Below are positions 10,129 to 21,476 of a DNA stretch of 64,000 bases, piece by piece. The DNA is from an uncultured Alphaproteobacteria bacterium (GTDB taxonomy: Bacteria; Pseudomonadota; Alphaproteobacteria; Methylaequorales; Methylaequoraceae): assembly GCA_902590895.1 (NCBI GenBank), contig CACIYM010000001.1, forward strand, positions 160,555 through 224,554, read 5' to 3'. Below the pieces are notes generated by a model that was given only the letters and a program-made list of their open reading frames with translations, did no database searches and had not been told where the DNA came from. The position numbers were made by a program, and so were the translations under genes. The first letter of the stretch is position 1. Every line of letters begins with the position of its first letter.

Positions 10129-10698
10129 ATGAATCCGTTAAGAAAATTCAAAAATTGGTATAAAGATGCAAAAAATGAATATACATTTGACCATACAGCT
10201 TTTAACTTATCAACTAGTTATAAAAATAAACCGTACTCGAGAATGGTATTGTTAAAAAAAATACTTCCTGATGGTTTCGTTTTTTTCACTAACATAAAAA
10301 GTAACAAAGGAAAGCATTTTAAGTCCAACAATTTTTTATCGATGTGTTTTTACTGGGAAAATTTAAAAAAACAAATTAGAATTGTAGGTAAAGGTATAGT
10401 TTGCGACGAAAAAGATTCAGATGATTATTTTTCAACCCGTATTCGTGGGAGCCAGATAGGGGCTTGGGCATCAAAACAGTCGTCTGAAATTGAAAATAGG
10501 TCTTATCTGTTAAAGAAATTTAATCAATACTCAAAAAAATTTAAGAATAAGCAAGTTCCGAGACCAAAGTACTGGGTGGGGATCAAAATAACCCCAATAG
10601 AATATGAGTTTTGGGAAGGCGGTGAATTCAGAATACATAAAAGGGAATTTTATTATCTTAAAAATAAAATTTGGCAAAAAAAAATTTTATCACCCTAG
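10129..10698 (+). CDS. pdxH: Pyridoxamine 5'-phosphate oxidase
   Basis: SRMVLLK, SQIGAWASKQS, EFWEG..FRIH.R. Confidence 0.93.
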   Translation: MNPLRKFKNWYKDAKNEYTFDHTAFNLSTSYKNKPYSRMVLLKKILPDGFVFFTNIKSNKGKHFKSNNFLSMCFYWENLKKQIRIVGKGIVCDEKDSDDYFSTRIRGSQIGAWASKQSSEIENRSYLLKKFNQYSKKFKNKQVPRPKYWVGIKITPIEYEFWEGGEFRIHKREFYYLKNKIWQKKILSP

Positions 10699-10700
10699 TC

Positions 10701-11912
10701 TTAAGCTGCTTTAGATATTTTCAATTCTAGAAAAACGTTTTTTAAAGCATTAGCCAGATCTTTAACCATCCTTTCAGTGTGATTAGGTGACGCTGTTATT
10801 CTTAGCCTTTCTGTTCCTTTTGGAACTGTAGGGTGGTTTATCGGTTGAACGTAAATCTTATAGTTATCCAGTAAAATGTTACTAGCTTTTTTACAGAGCT
10901 TAGCATCACCAATTATAACTGGAACTATATGACTACCGTTATCTAAAAAAGGGATTTCGTTTTTCTTTAAAAAAGATTTTAACTTGTTTACAATAAAAAA
11001 CATTTTTTTTCTTTCCTTATCAGAAAATTTTAAATGTCTAATAGATGAGTAAGCGCCCGCAGCAATACATGGTGGAAGTGATGTTGTAAAAATGAAACCC
11101 GAAGCAAAACTTCTTATAAAATCAATTAAATCTCTATTCCCTGTTATATATCCGCCAATGACACCAAAGGCCTTGGCCAATGTACCCTGTATGACATCTA
11201 TTCTTTCCATCACACCTCGATCCTCAGCAACGCCTGCACCTCTTTTCCCGTATATACCTACTGCATGAACTTCATCTAAAAAAGTAAGAGCATTATACTT
11301 TTTAGCTAAATCACAGATTTCTTCAATAGGAGAAAAATTACCATCCATAGAATAAACAGATTCAAAGACAATTACTTTTGACTTAGATTTGTTTATTTTA
11401 AGTTTATTTTCTAAGTCATTGATATTGTTATGATCAAATATTATTTTTTTTGCGCCTGAGTTTCTCATACCCTGTATCATTGAGGCATGATTCTTTTCAT
11501 CGGAAAAGAAAACGCAATCTGGTAATTTTTTTCCAAGTGTAGATAATGTTGCTTGATTGGCAAGATATCCAGAATTAAATAACAGTGCTGCCTCTTTTTG
11601 ATGCAAATAACACAGCTCTCTTTCAAGCAAGACGTGATAATGATTGGTTCCTGAAATATTTCTAGTTCCACCTGAACCTGCTCCCACTTTTTTAACAGCT
11701 TCAATCATACTTTCGATCACAATATCGTTTTGACTCATGCCGAGATAATCATTACTACACCAAACAGTGACTTCTGAAACACTGTTATCCTTGTAGTTTA
11801 ATGCTTGAGGAAAATTACCAGCTATTTTCTCTAAATCGGCAAAAATTCTGTAGTTACCATCCTTTTTTAATTCCTCTAAGGATTCCCTAAAAATTTTTTT
11901 ATAATCAGTCAT
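10701..11912 (-). CDS. hemA: 5-aminolevulinate synthase (C4 pathway)
   Basis: [33 protein letters not shown]. Confidence 0.96.
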   Translation of the reverse strand: MTDYKKIFRESLEELKKDGNYRIFADLEKIAGNFPQALNYKDNSVSEVTVWCSNDYLGMSQNDIVIESMIEAVKKVGAGSGGTRNISGTNHYHVLLERELCYLHQKEAALLFNSGYLANQATLSTLGKKLPDCVFFSDEKNHASMIQGMRNSGAKKIIFDHNNINDLENKLKINKSKSKVIVFESVYSMDGNFSPIEEICDLAKKYNALTFLDEVHAVGIYGKRGAGVAEDRGVMERIDVIQGTLAKAFGVIGGYITGNRDLIDFIRSFASGFIFTTSLPPCIAAGAYSSIRHLKFSDKERKKMFFIVNKLKSFLKKNEIPFLDNGSHIVPVIIGDAKLCKKASNILLDNYKIYVQPINHPTVPKGTERLRITASPNHTERMVKDLANALKNVFLELKISKAA

Positions 11913-12285
11913 TTTTTTTAAAGCTTAAAGATACGGAGTTTATACAATATCTTTTATTTGTTGGTAAAGGCCCATCGTCAAAAACATGTCCTAAGTGTGC
12001 GTTACAGTTTTTACAACTCACTTCTACTCTAGTCATTCCATAGGATTGATCTTCGGTATATTTAATTACATTATCAATTGCTTTAAAAAAACTAGGCCAC
12101 CCAGATTTGGACAGAAATTTATGTTTGGAACTGAATAATTTTGCATCACAACAAATGCAATGATAGTTCCCATCTTCAAAAAAATCATTAAACTCTCCAC
12201 TGAATGCTCTCTCTGTAGAAGAATTTTGGGTAACTTCGAATGCGAGTTTACTCAACTTTTTTTTTAGGTTTAAATTATCACTCAT
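11905..12285 (-). CDS. msrB: Peptide-methionine (R)-S-oxide reductase
   Basis: [21 protein letters not shown]. Confidence 0.96.
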   Translation of the reverse strand: MSDNLNLKKKLSKLAFEVTQNSSTERAFSGEFNDFFEDGNYHCICCDAKLFSSKHKFLSKSGWPSFFKAIDNVIKYTEDQSYGMTRVEVSCKNCNAHLGHVFDDGPLPTNKRYCINSVSLSFKKND

Positions 12286-12336
12286 AGTATCAGTAATTAT
12301 ATAGTATTATATCAGAATAAACAAAATGGTTTTTAG

Positions 12337-13428
12337 ATGATTGTTATTTTTGGATCAGGAATTATAGGTCTTTTTATTGCAAAAAAATTACTTGAAAACA
12401 AAAAAAAAGTTTTGATTTTCGATACATTAGATGTTTCGGCAAATGCTACTTCTGCATCAGTTGGGATGTTGGCACCTCTCATAGAAACAAAACCCTATGA
12501 AAACCAACTTCTCTCATTGATGATTGATTCCAAAAAATTGTGGGATAAGGATTTTAAAGAAAATAAATTAGCAAACTTAGTTGGTTTAAAAAAAAACTTT
12601 TCATTGCTTATTGCTAAAGATCTCGATGAATTAGAGGAGATCAAATTTAAAAAACAATTTATAAGTAGGATCGGTTATGAAACGCAGATTTTAGATAAGA
12701 AAGAAACATTAAAAATTGAACCAAATTTAAACTCTAACATAGAAGGCTCTTTACTTTTTAATGAACACAATCAAGTTGAACCCAAACTATTAGAATTTTT
12801 TTTGAAAAAGAAAATTTTAAGTATGGGTGGGATTATTAAAAAGAAAAGAAGCTTACAAAGCTTTAAATTTGTTAATAATATTTTAAAAATTGATGATTTA
12901 AAATTTTCGGCAGAAAAATTGATTATCTGTTGTGGGGCATGGAGTAACAAGTTACTTGAAAAATCTGAGAATATCTCATTTCCAATGAGGCCAGTTAAAG
13001 GTGTTTCAATGATTTTTAAAACTGAAAAAAATATGTTTAAGAACAACTTATGGTTTAAGCATATTTATGTAGCACCAAGAAAAGGAAAAAAACTGGCAGT
13101 TGGTGCAACAGAGGACGAAAAGGGGTTTGAGGAAGATGTGACACTAGATGAAATATTTTTTTTAAGCAAGCATTTGTGGGAATCTTTACCTGAACTGGAA
13201 AAATTAAAGTATCAAGAGGTTAAAGCCGGACTTCGTTCTACCGTTGTGGATGGAAATCCGATAATAGGCGAGTTAAAGCATAAAAAAAATATAATTTGCT
13301 CTTTTGGTCACCACAGACACGGAATATTGTTAGGACCAATTACAGCTAAGATAGTTTTGGACTATGTCTTAGAAAAAAAAATTCCAAATAAGTACTGTTT
13401 TTTTTCTCCTAAAAGATTTAACTTATAA
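12337..13428 (+). CDS. thiO: Glycine oxidase
   Basis: FAD motif GSGIIG, GMLAP, GHHRHGILL; upstream of thiS-thiG. Confidence 0.9.
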   Translation: MIVIFGSGIIGLFIAKKLLENKKKVLIFDTLDVSANATSASVGMLAPLIETKPYENQLLSLMIDSKKLWDKDFKENKLANLVGLKKNFSLLIAKDLDELEEIKFKKQFISRIGYETQILDKKETLKIEPNLNSNIEGSLLFNEHNQVEPKLLEFFLKKKILSMGGIIKKKRSLQSFKFVNNILKIDDLKFSAEKLIICCGAWSNKLLEKSENISFPMRPVKGVSMIFKTEKNMFKNNLWFKHIYVAPRKGKKLAVGATEDEKGFEEDVTLDEIFFLSKHLWESLPELEKLKYQEVKAGLRSTVVDGNPIIGELKHKKNIICSFGHHRHGILLGPITAKIVLDYVLEKKIPNKYCFFSPKRFNL

Positions 13429-13441
13429 GAGGTTATTTCTT

Positions 13442-13657
13442 ATGTTCAAAAAAATTTGTATAGTAAATGGGAATGAATTGAAAATTGATGAAATGGAGTT
13501 TCATCTAGATGATCTGGTTAAAAAAATTCTCAAAGACAAAAAAATCAAAGTTGCTGTGGCTGTAAATAATATACTTGTTCAAAAGTCTGATTGGAAAAAG
13601 AAAAAAATTCTCAATGGAGATGTCATTGAGATCGTACAGCCATTTTTTGGAGGGTGA
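13442..13657 (+). CDS. thiS: Sulfur carrier ThiS
   Basis: 71 aa, VAVAVN, C-terminal GG. Confidence 0.93.
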   Translation: MFKKICIVNGNELKIDEMEFHLDDLVKKILKDKKIKVAVAVNNILVQKSDWKKKKILNGDVIEIVQPFFGG

Positions 13658-13658
13658 T

Positions 13659-14435
13659 GTGAAAACCACAGATAAGTTAAAAATTGATGGAAAATTTTTT
13701 AATTCACGATTGATTTTGGGTACAGCATTATTTCCAAATATTGATGTACTGAATAAGTCAATTGAAACAGCCGAGTCAGAAATTATTACAACATCAGTAA
13801 GAAGATTAGGTTTAAACCAAAAGGATTTTTTTGTTGATCAAATTAAAAAAAAATTTACTCTTCTACCCAACACTGCTGGGTGTTATACAAAAAAAGAGGC
13901 AGTTCTAACAGCTGAACTTGCAAGAGAATCCATGAATACGAATTGGATAAAACTTGAATTGATTGGCGAGGATGAGATGCTATTACCAGATCCAATTGAA
14001 CTTTATTCAACTTGTGAAAGTTTGATAAAAAAAAAATTTAAAATTTTTTGTTATTGCTCTGACGACCCAATGTTGTGTAAAAGACTTGAGGATTTAGGTT
14101 GTGAAGTCGTAATGCCATTAATTTCACCAATTGGTTCTGGTCTTGGAATAAGAAACGAACACAACCTTGAGATCATAAGGTCAATGTGCAAGGGACTAAT
14201 TTTTGTGGATGCAGGTATAGGAAGTCCAAGTGATGCGTGCAGAATTATGGAATTAGGTTTCGATGGTGTGCTATTAAACTCTTCTGTGGCTAGATCACAC
14301 GATCCAATTAATATGGCTGAAGCTATGAGTTTGGCTGTAAAAAGCGGAAGAAAAAGTTTTTTATCAGGCGCAATAAAAAAAACAAAAAAGGCAATAGCAT
14401 CAACAACATTCAAGGGGAAAATTTCAAACTTTTGA
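13659..14435 (+). CDS. thiG: Thiazole synthase
   Basis: LPNTAGC, WIKLE, PIGSGLG, DAGIG. GTG start at 13659 after a GGAGGG SD; the ORF-track start at 13575 overlaps thiS. Confidence 0.95.
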   Translation: MKTTDKLKIDGKFFNSRLILGTALFPNIDVLNKSIETAESEIITTSVRRLGLNQKDFFVDQIKKKFTLLPNTAGCYTKKEAVLTAELARESMNTNWIKLELIGEDEMLLPDPIELYSTCESLIKKKFKIFCYCSDDPMLCKRLEDLGCEVVMPLISPIGSGLGIRNEHNLEIIRSMCKGLIFVDAGIGSPSDACRIMELGFDGVLLNSSVARSHDPINMAEAMSLAVKSGRKSFLSGAIKKTKKAIASTTFKGKISNF

Positions 14436-14474
14436 TTTACACAAATTAATTATATTTGAACTTTTATATTTTTT

Positions 14475-16178
14475 TTACAAATCTAACTTTGACAAAACTT
14501 TTTGTAACTCTTTTTCATAATTTTTCCATTTGTTTACTGATTCTTTAAAAATTGGGTTTCTAACTTGAGAAAAACTGGCAGTGTTTACAACTCTTTTTGT
14601 TTTATAAAATTCATGACATTCTTTTTCAACATTCAATCCTAAGAATTTAAAAAGTTTATTTACCTCGTCGGTAAAGTTATTAATTAAACTTTCATAATTT
14701 AATTTATAGAAATTAATTTTTTCGTTTTCCCAATAAGTAATTACATTATTATAAAATGAATTAAAAAAAATTAAATCGTCTAAATCATATGAAAAATCAA
14801 TACCTGATGGAAAAAAATTTCTATAAATTGAATTTAAATTATCCATTCTATTTTTCTCACACAAAATAATTTTTGATTTAGGAAAAATTATTGAAATTAT
14901 TCCCATAAATAAAAAATTGAGCGGTGCTTTATCAGTAAAAAAAAATGATTCATCAGCAATATTGTTAATCATTGAAAAATATTTTTTCTTAAATGATTGT
15001 ATTCTATCTGAATCTAATTTGTCTTCGCAAAGATCAAAAATTTCCTTTCCAATAAAAGTTAGTTCCCCGCATCCAAATACATTACTATGAGAGCTTATTA
15101 TTTGTTCTACCAAAGAGGTTGAGGATCTAGGCATACCTAAAATGAAAATTGGATTTTTTTGATCTACATTACTTACAGTAATTTTTTCTCTTGAAAGTTT
15201 TTTAAAAAAGTTTTTTATATTTGAGAATTTATCAATCATTGAGTTTTGATCAAAATTGACGATTTTCTTGTATTTTGAGTTATATTTTTTTAGATAAAAG
15301 AAACTTTTTTCAAAATCTCCGTTATTTTCTAGAAAGTTTGATAAAGCCAAGCCCAAATGAATTTCATTTAACCCATCCTTCTCCGACTTATCTAAATAGT
15401 TCTCTATTGCATCTAAAGTTTCGCGGTTGATTTTGTATTTTAATAAGCTCAACAATCTAAAAGCTGGACCGAAAAAGTTTTCATTTTTAATTATTTTTTC
15501 AAATATTCTAATTGCTTTTACCTTTTCTCCAAGTTCCGAGTAAATTACTCCTTTAATAAACATAAGGTTCCTGTTGTTGTGAAAAAATTGCTCAGCCATA
15601 TCAAAATATTTCAAGGCCTGATTATGCTTTTTTTCATCCATTAAAATAGCAATTATTAAAATGATAAACTCGGGGTTTTTGTGTTTTGAGTATTGATTAT
15701 TTAAGAATTTTACGGCTTTGACAGTTTCATATATATCTCTAAGAAAATTTATATAATTTCTGATCAAAGTTAAATCGTTATCAGCTAAAGATAATGATTT
15801 TAAAAAAAAACTCTCTGCTTGATCATATTTTTTTAATTTAGCATTAGCTATACCTAAATAGTTAAATATAATTGGTTCTGGATTAATATTTACGATCTTC
15901 TGAAGATAATAAATTGATTTATCAGGTAAGTTTTTTTCCAAATAGCATAGTGCTTTGAGTTTTAAAATATTTAAATCATCTGAACTATAGTTTATTTTTT
16001 TTATAAAATTCAAAATATTATCAAATTGTCTCTTTTTGAATAAAGCATCAAAATACATATATTTTAAATTTTCTTCATAAGGAAATTCTTTAGTAATTCT
16101 TTTAAAAAGTATCTCTGCTTTCTGATATTTTTGTTTTTCAATAAGATTTATAATTTTACTGAATTTTTGATTTTCCAT
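14475..16178 (-). CDS. TPR-repeat sulfotransferase-family protein
   Basis: N-terminal TPR-like helices; PIFILGMPRSSTSLVEQI, DKAPLNF, TASFSQVR. Confidence 0.9.
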   Translation of the reverse strand: MENQKFSKIINLIEKQKYQKAEILFKRITKEFPYEENLKYMYFDALFKKRQFDNILNFIKKINYSSDDLNILKLKALCYLEKNLPDKSIYYLQKIVNINPEPIIFNYLGIANAKLKKYDQAESFFLKSLSLADNDLTLIRNYINFLRDIYETVKAVKFLNNQYSKHKNPEFIILIIAILMDEKKHNQALKYFDMAEQFFHNNRNLMFIKGVIYSELGEKVKAIRIFEKIIKNENFFGPAFRLLSLLKYKINRETLDAIENYLDKSEKDGLNEIHLGLALSNFLENNGDFEKSFFYLKKYNSKYKKIVNFDQNSMIDKFSNIKNFFKKLSREKITVSNVDQKNPIFILGMPRSSTSLVEQIISSHSNVFGCGELTFIGKEIFDLCEDKLDSDRIQSFKKKYFSMINNIADESFFFTDKAPLNFLFMGIISIIFPKSKIILCEKNRMDNLNSIYRNFFPSGIDFSYDLDDLIFFNSFYNNVITYWENEKINFYKLNYESLINNFTDEVNKLFKFLGLNVEKECHEFYKTKRVVNTASFSQVRNPIFKESVNKWKNYEKELQKVLSKLDL

Positions 16179-16192
16179 TTTTTTTTACTTAC

Positions 16193-16846
16193 TTAATATC
16201 CAGGTTCTAAATTCTTAACACCAACTGATCGAAGAAATTTGATAATTTCATTTTTATCTTTATCAGACAATTTTTTTGAAATTGTACTTTCATTGAGAAC
16301 ATCATGCCATGTGGCAAGATAAATAATATTAATTTTTTTTCTATTAACTTCTAAAAAATCAATATTTATACCATAGTTAAATATTACAAAAATAGCTTTA
16401 ATTTTTGCCTTTACTTTAAGAATTGATTCTATAAATTTCATTTTGCTTCCACCATCAGTCATTAAATCTTCAACTAATAAAACGTTTTGTGACGGTTTTA
16501 TAATTCCTTCAATTTGCGAGTTTTTTCCAAATTTCTTTTTTTCTTTTCTAATGTAAGATAGTGGTAAATCCATTTTTTGAGAAATAAATGAAGCAAAAGG
16601 TATTCCAGCTGATTCACCACCAGCAATGTTATGAATATTCTTACACGTACGATCATTATTAATTTTTTCTACAGCATAGTTTATGATTTTTTTTCTTTGT
16701 TCAGGAAAAGAAATTAACCTTCTACAATCACAGTAAATCGGACTTTTTTTTCCTGAGGTAAGTAAAAATTTTTTCTTTAGACTAAAGTCTACACATTTTG
16801 TTTCAATTAGAATTTTTGCCGTTTTTGATGAAATTTTGCTACCCAT
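16193..16846 (-). CDS. pyrE: Orotate phosphoribosyltransferase
   Basis: LTSGKKSPIYCDCR, GGESAGIPF, VEDLMTDGGSK. Confidence 0.93.
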   Translation of the reverse strand: MGSKISSKTAKILIETKCVDFSLKKKFLLTSGKKSPIYCDCRRLISFPEQRKKIINYAVEKINNDRTCKNIHNIAGGESAGIPFASFISQKMDLPLSYIRKEKKKFGKNSQIEGIIKPSQNVLLVEDLMTDGGSKMKFIESILKVKAKIKAIFVIFNYGINIDFLEVNRKKINIIYLATWHDVLNESTISKKLSDKDKNEIIKFLRSVGVKNLEPGY

Positions 16847-16909
16847 AATTAGAGTATTAAATTACAAATATATTTAAAAATCCATATATTTAATTTAATT
16901 ATAAAAGAT

Positions 16910-17314
16910 ATGATAGATCAAGAAATAGTAAAATTTTTAATAAGTTGGATAAATGAAAATACTATTTACGAGGAATTTTTATTAAACTTAGAAATAGTTG
17001 CCCTAAATTTGGAAGAATTACAATTTATGGCTTGTAGAGGAAAGTGTCCAATTCTGGCTTTTTTTTCAGCTCCAAATATAATTTATATAGCTAAATTAGA
17101 TTTTAACCATTTGTGTAATCAATCAATTTTATTACATGAAATGATCCATGTGTTTCAGCATCAATCAGGGAGTGAAATGCAAAATGTCTTTAGAGAAAAC
17201 GAGGCGTACAAGATTCAAAATAAATTTTTGATTGACGAATCATTAAAAGCTGAAACTATCGACCAATTGAATTTAAAAAAATGTAGATCAATGCAATCAA
17301 ATGTTTTAAAATAA
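16910..17314 (+). CDS. Hypothetical protein with HExxH zincin-like motif (DUF6647-like)
   Basis: [13 protein letters not shown]...ENEAY.IQ. Confidence 0.7.
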   Translation: MIDQEIVKFLISWINENTIYEEFLLNLEIVALNLEELQFMACRGKCPILAFFSAPNIIYIAKLDFNHLCNQSILLHEMIHVFQHQSGSEMQNVFRENEAYKIQNKFLIDESLKAETIDQLNLKKCRSMQSNVLK

Positions 17315-17319
17315 TATTT

Positions 17320-19002
17320 ATGGCTGATTACAAAACGGATTTAGAAATAGCAAGAGAAGCTAAAAAAGAAAAGATAATTGATCTAGCAAAAAAAAAATTA
17401 TCCATTGATGATGAGCATCTAATTCCTTTTGGACATTATAAAGCGAAGATCAATGAAAATGGCTTAGATGAGCTTGAAAAAAGAAAAGATGGTACATTAA
17501 TTCTTGTGACAGCAATGACACCAACAACAGCTGGAGAAGGTAAAACAACCACCTCTGTTGGTCTTACTGACGGTTTGAATCATATTGGGAAAAATGCAAT
17601 GGTTGCGCTAAGAGAACCAAGCCTGGGTCCTTGTTTTGGAATGAAGGGTGGAGCTGCTGGAGGAGGTTATGCTCAGGTTGTCCCAATGGAAGATATAAAT
17701 CTTCATTTTACTGGAGATTTTCACGCTATAACTTCAGCGCACATGTTGTTGTCAGCTATGATTGACAACCATATTTACTGGAATATTGACCCTCTGATTG
17801 ACCCAAGAAGAGTTTCGTGGAGAAGAGTAGTCGATATGAATGATAGGGCTCTTAGGTCAATTGTTAACTCACTGGGAGGTATTGCAAATGGTCATTCAAG
17901 AGAAGATGGCTTTGACATAACTGTTGCATCAGAAGTTATGGCAATACTTTGTTTATCAAAGAATTTTGAAGATTTGAAAGAAAGACTTGGAAAAATTGTT
18001 GTAGGTTATTCAAGAGATCATGAACCTATATTTTGCAGGGATATTAAAGCAGATGGGGCGATGTCCGTTCTATTAAAAGATGCTTTGAAACCCAATTTAG
18101 TTCAAACATTAGAGAATAACCCGGCATTTATTCATGGAGGTCCATTTGCCAATATTGCTCATGGTTGTAATACTGTCATTGCTACCAAAACAGCTCTGAA
18201 ATTAGCAGACTATGTTGTAACTGAAGCTGGTTTTGGTGCTGATTTGGGTGCAGAAAAATTTTTAAATATAAAATGTAGAAAGGCTGGGTTGTCACCAAAA
18301 TGTGCAGTTGTTGTAGCAACTGTAAGAGCATTAAAATTGCATGGAGATGCAGATCCAAAAAATTTAGGAGAAGAAAATCTTGACGCATTAGAATCAGGAC
18401 TTCCAAACCTTCTCAGACATCTTGAAAATCTCTCTAAATTCAGTTTACCGACAGTTGTTGCAATAAATAGATTTCCCACTGATACTGATAGCGAAATATC
18501 CAAAGTACAAGAAGTTTGCAAAAATGCAGGAGTTAATGCTGTCCTTGCTGAACATTGGGCAGAAGGAGGTAAAGGAGCTGCAAAGTTAGCAGAGGCTGTA
18601 ATTGAAACTATTGATGATAATAAATCTGATCTAAAATTTTTGTATGAAGATAAAGATGATCCAAAAAATAAAATCAATAAAATTTGTAAAGAGATTTACA
18701 GAGCGAACGATGTAACATTTTCCGCACAAGCTGAAAAAAAATTGAATGAAATCAGTAAACTTGGTTTTGAGAGTTTTCCAGTTTGCATGGCAAAAACTCA
18801 ATATAGCTTTAGCACAGATGCAACGAAAAAGTGCGCTCCCAGCGGTCATTCAATTAATGTTCGTGAAATAAGATTGTCAGCTGGAGCCGAGTTTATAGTT
18901 GCAATCGCTGGGGATATAATGACAATGCCTGGCTTACCAAAAAAACCAGCTGCCTATGAAGTTTGTGTTGGCGAGGATGGAAATATTAAAGGTCTTTTTT
19001 AA
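17320..19002 (+). CDS. fhs: Formate--tetrahydrofolate ligase
   Basis: [44 protein letters not shown]. Confidence 0.97.
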   Translation: MADYKTDLEIAREAKKEKIIDLAKKKLSIDDEHLIPFGHYKAKINENGLDELEKRKDGTLILVTAMTPTTAGEGKTTTSVGLTDGLNHIGKNAMVALREPSLGPCFGMKGGAAGGGYAQVVPMEDINLHFTGDFHAITSAHMLLSAMIDNHIYWNIDPLIDPRRVSWRRVVDMNDRALRSIVNSLGGIANGHSREDGFDITVASEVMAILCLSKNFEDLKERLGKIVVGYSRDHEPIFCRDIKADGAMSVLLKDALKPNLVQTLENNPAFIHGGPFANIAHGCNTVIATKTALKLADYVVTEAGFGADLGAEKFLNIKCRKAGLSPKCAVVVATVRALKLHGDADPKNLGEENLDALESGLPNLLRHLENLSKFSLPTVVAINRFPTDTDSEISKVQEVCKNAGVNAVLAEHWAEGGKGAAKLAEAVIETIDDNKSDLKFLYEDKDDPKNKINKICKEIYRANDVTFSAQAEKKLNEISKLGFESFPVCMAKTQYSFSTDATKKCAPSGHSINVREIRLSAGAEFIVAIAGDIMTMPGLPKKPAAYEVCVGEDGNIKGLF

Positions 19003-20119
19003 GAACCTTACTATAAATATCTAAAAAATTTTTAAATACAATATCAGCACTAAACCTTTGCTGGACTAGCTTTCTGCTATTTGCTCCGAATTTTTTCATG
19101 AGCCTTTCATCAGAAATTAACCTTTCAATGCACTTTGCTAATGAATCTGAGTCTTTGGGTTTAACTAAAAAGCCGTTAAAGTTATTCTTACAAATTTCTC
19201 TACAGCCAGGAACATTTGTTGAAATTAATGGAAGCTTACAACTTGCTGCTTCCAACAAACTTTTAGGTAAACCCTCACGATATGATGGTAAAATTGATAT
19301 TTTTGATTTTTGGAGAAAAGGAATTACGTTTTCAACTTTAGGTTTCCATATAATAAAATTTTCTTTAACCCAAAAATTTAACTGATTTAGAGTAACGGAG
19401 GATCTATTTTTATTATCAGGATTACCAAGGATTAATGTTTTTAAATTTATATTTTTATTTCTAAGAATTTTTAGTGCATCAATGATTTCGAAAATACCTT
19501 TATCTCTTATAATTCTTGAATGAAATATTAAATCGTAAATTTTTTTTTGTTTTCCCTCTTTAAATTTTTTTGTGAAAACTCCAGAACCTTTTATTATTAT
19601 TGGTATATTTTTTTCTAGAATCCTTTGTTTTTTAAAAATAGATAAATCATCCTTGTTCTGGAATATGAAAAACACATTCCTGTTTATGCAAGACCTTAAA
19701 AACATAAAAAAAAGATTTTTATAAAGTTTAGTGAATAAATTTTTATTTATAAAAAGATATCCCATCCCAACTACGCAGCATAAAAGTTTTGTATTATTTC
19801 TTAAAAAACAATTAGCTATAACTGCATAGAGAATTGGTTTTAGGGCAAAACACTGTATCACAGAGGGTTTATAACGGTTTACAAAAAAAAAATAATTAAG
19901 GAACACTGTAAGGTTTTGTAACAAATTGACTGAACTTCTATTAAATTTTATGTTTTTTGTTCTAAAACCCGACGATTTAATTTTATTTAAGTGCTTTGAA
20001 AATCTGCTAATGATTGTTATTTCGTTAAAGATCTTGAATCCACTGATGGCTTGTCCAATTTTATGACTAATAAAATATTCGTCTTCACTAACGAAATATA
20101 AAAGTTTATATTTTTTCAT
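18986..20119 (-). CDS. Glycosyltransferase family 4
   Basis: [26 protein letters not shown]. Confidence 0.92.
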   Translation of the reverse strand: MKKYKLLYFVSEDEYFISHKIGQAISGFKIFNEITIISRFSKHLNKIKSSGFRTKNIKFNRSSVNLLQNLTVFLNYFFFVNRYKPSVIQCFALKPILYAVIANCFLRNNTKLLCCVVGMGYLFINKNLFTKLYKNLFFMFLRSCINRNVFFIFQNKDDLSIFKKQRILEKNIPIIIKGSGVFTKKFKEGKQKKIYDLIFHSRIIRDKGIFEIIDALKILRNKNINLKTLILGNPDNKNRSSVTLNQLNFWVKENFIIWKPKVENVIPFLQKSKISILPSYREGLPKSLLEAASCKLPLISTNVPGCREICKNNFNGFLVKPKDSDSLAKCIERLISDERLMKKFGANSRKLVQQRFSADIVFKNFLDIYSKVLKKDL

Positions 20120-20129
20120 AAGGATATTT

Positions 20130-20576
20130 ATGTTTTATTATATTGTTGCAATAATTATTTTAATAGCTATTTTGATGTATTTTTTTTTGGAGTTTATTCA
20201 TCTACCAAATAAAATTTTCAAAAAATACTCAAAAATAGTAATTCTTTTTATTCTCATATCAATTGTAATTTACTTAATGAGATTCTTCCCAGCAATAATT
20301 TCAACTATACCTGCTATTTTTTTAATTTTGTACAGGTGGGGTAATATTTTACAGTTTATAGCAACAATTTTTCTCAAAAAAAATTATTCAAAACATAGAA
20401 ATAATTCAATTACAAAAAAAGAAGCTTATCAAATTTTAGGATTGACTGAAGGTGCTTCAAAAAAAGAAATTTTGCAAAGCTACCAAAATTTGATGAAAAA
20501 AAATCATCCCGACCTTGGTGGATCAGATTGGATAACTAAAAAATTAAATGAGGCTAGAGATATTCTTTTAGGTTGA
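20130..20576 (+). CDS. Membrane-anchored J-domain protein (Pam18/TimB-like)
   Basis: TM helices, then EAYQILGL...HPDLGGS...KLNEARDIL. Confidence 0.85.
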   Translation: MFYYIVAIIILIAILMYFFLEFIHLPNKIFKKYSKIVILFILISIVIYLMRFFPAIISTIPAIFLILYRWGNILQFIATIFLKKNYSKHRNNSITKKEAYQILGLTEGASKKEILQSYQNLMKKNHPDLGGSDWITKKLNEARDILLG

Positions 20577-20609
20577 GTTTTTTTTGTTTTTTTATTAACC
20601 TCTCCTCTT

Positions 20610-21476
20610 ATGTCATCCATAAAAAAGGCAATATTTCCAATAGCCGGTTTAGGAACAAGATTTTTACCCGCAACAAAATCTATTCCTAAAGAGATGCTAA
20701 TCGTTCTGGATAGACCTGTTATTGAATGGGCAGTGATCGAAGCTTCAAAGGCAGGTATTGAAGAGATGATTTTTGTGATCTCATCTAACAAAAACTCTGT
20801 CATTGAACATTTTGACAGGTCGGAAATATTGGAGAACGCTCTAAAGAAAAAAAAGAAAATAGATCAAATAGGTCTTGTGCAATCTCAAAATCAATTAGGC
20901 TCTTTTTCTTTTGTAATTCAAGATGAACCAAAAGGGCTCGGTCATGCAGTTTGGTGTGCAAGAAAGTTTATTGGAACTAATGAAAACTTTGCTGTTATTC
21001 TTCCTGATGACATAATTTTGTCAAAAATACCCGCCATAAAACAATTAATGAGAGTACATTTAAAAACCAATGGTGGTTCAGTTTTAGGTTTAGAAAGTGT
21101 TCCCAAAAAAGAGGTATCAAAATACGGAGTGATTAAAATAAAAAAGAGATATGAAAATTATTTCTCCATTTCAAATTTAGTTGAAAAGCCAATGTATAGT
21201 CAAGCTCCTTCTAATTTAACAGTTGTTGGAAGATATTTATTAAATTCAAAAGTTTTTAATTACTTATCTCTTCAAAAAAAAGGCTATGGAAATGAGATAC
21301 AACTTACAGATAGTCTAGTCCAACTAACTGATAAACCTGGGTTATATGGAATTGAATTTAATGGTAAACGTTTTGACTGTGGAAGTAAATTTGGGTTTAT
21401 TGAAGCTAATATTAACTTCGGTCTTAACGATGGTGATATCAAATCCAATTTAAAAGGTATGTTGAGAAAACTATGA
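20610..21476 (+). CDS. galU: UTP--glucose-1-phosphate uridylyltransferase
   Basis: AGLGTRFLPATKSIPKEML, VEKP, EIQLTD. Confidence 0.96.
   Translation: MSSIKKAIFPIAGLGTRFLPATKSIPKEMLIVLDRPVIEWAVIEASKAGIEEMIFVISSNKNSVIEHFDRSEILENALKKKKKIDQIGLVQSQNQLGSFSFVIQDEPKGLGHAVWCARKFIGTNENFAVILPDDIILSKIPAIKQLMRVHLKTNGGSVLGLESVPKKEVSKYGVIKIKKRYENYFSISNLVEKPMYSQAPSNLTVVGRYLLNSKVFNYLSLQKKGYGNEIQLTDSLVQLTDKPGLYGIEFNGKRFDCGSKFGFIEANINFGLNDGDIKSNLKGMLRKL

Noticed and set aside
13575..13658. N-terminal extension of thiG in the ORF track
   Set aside because: It overlaps thiS; GTG at 13659 with a GGAGGG SD is the better start.
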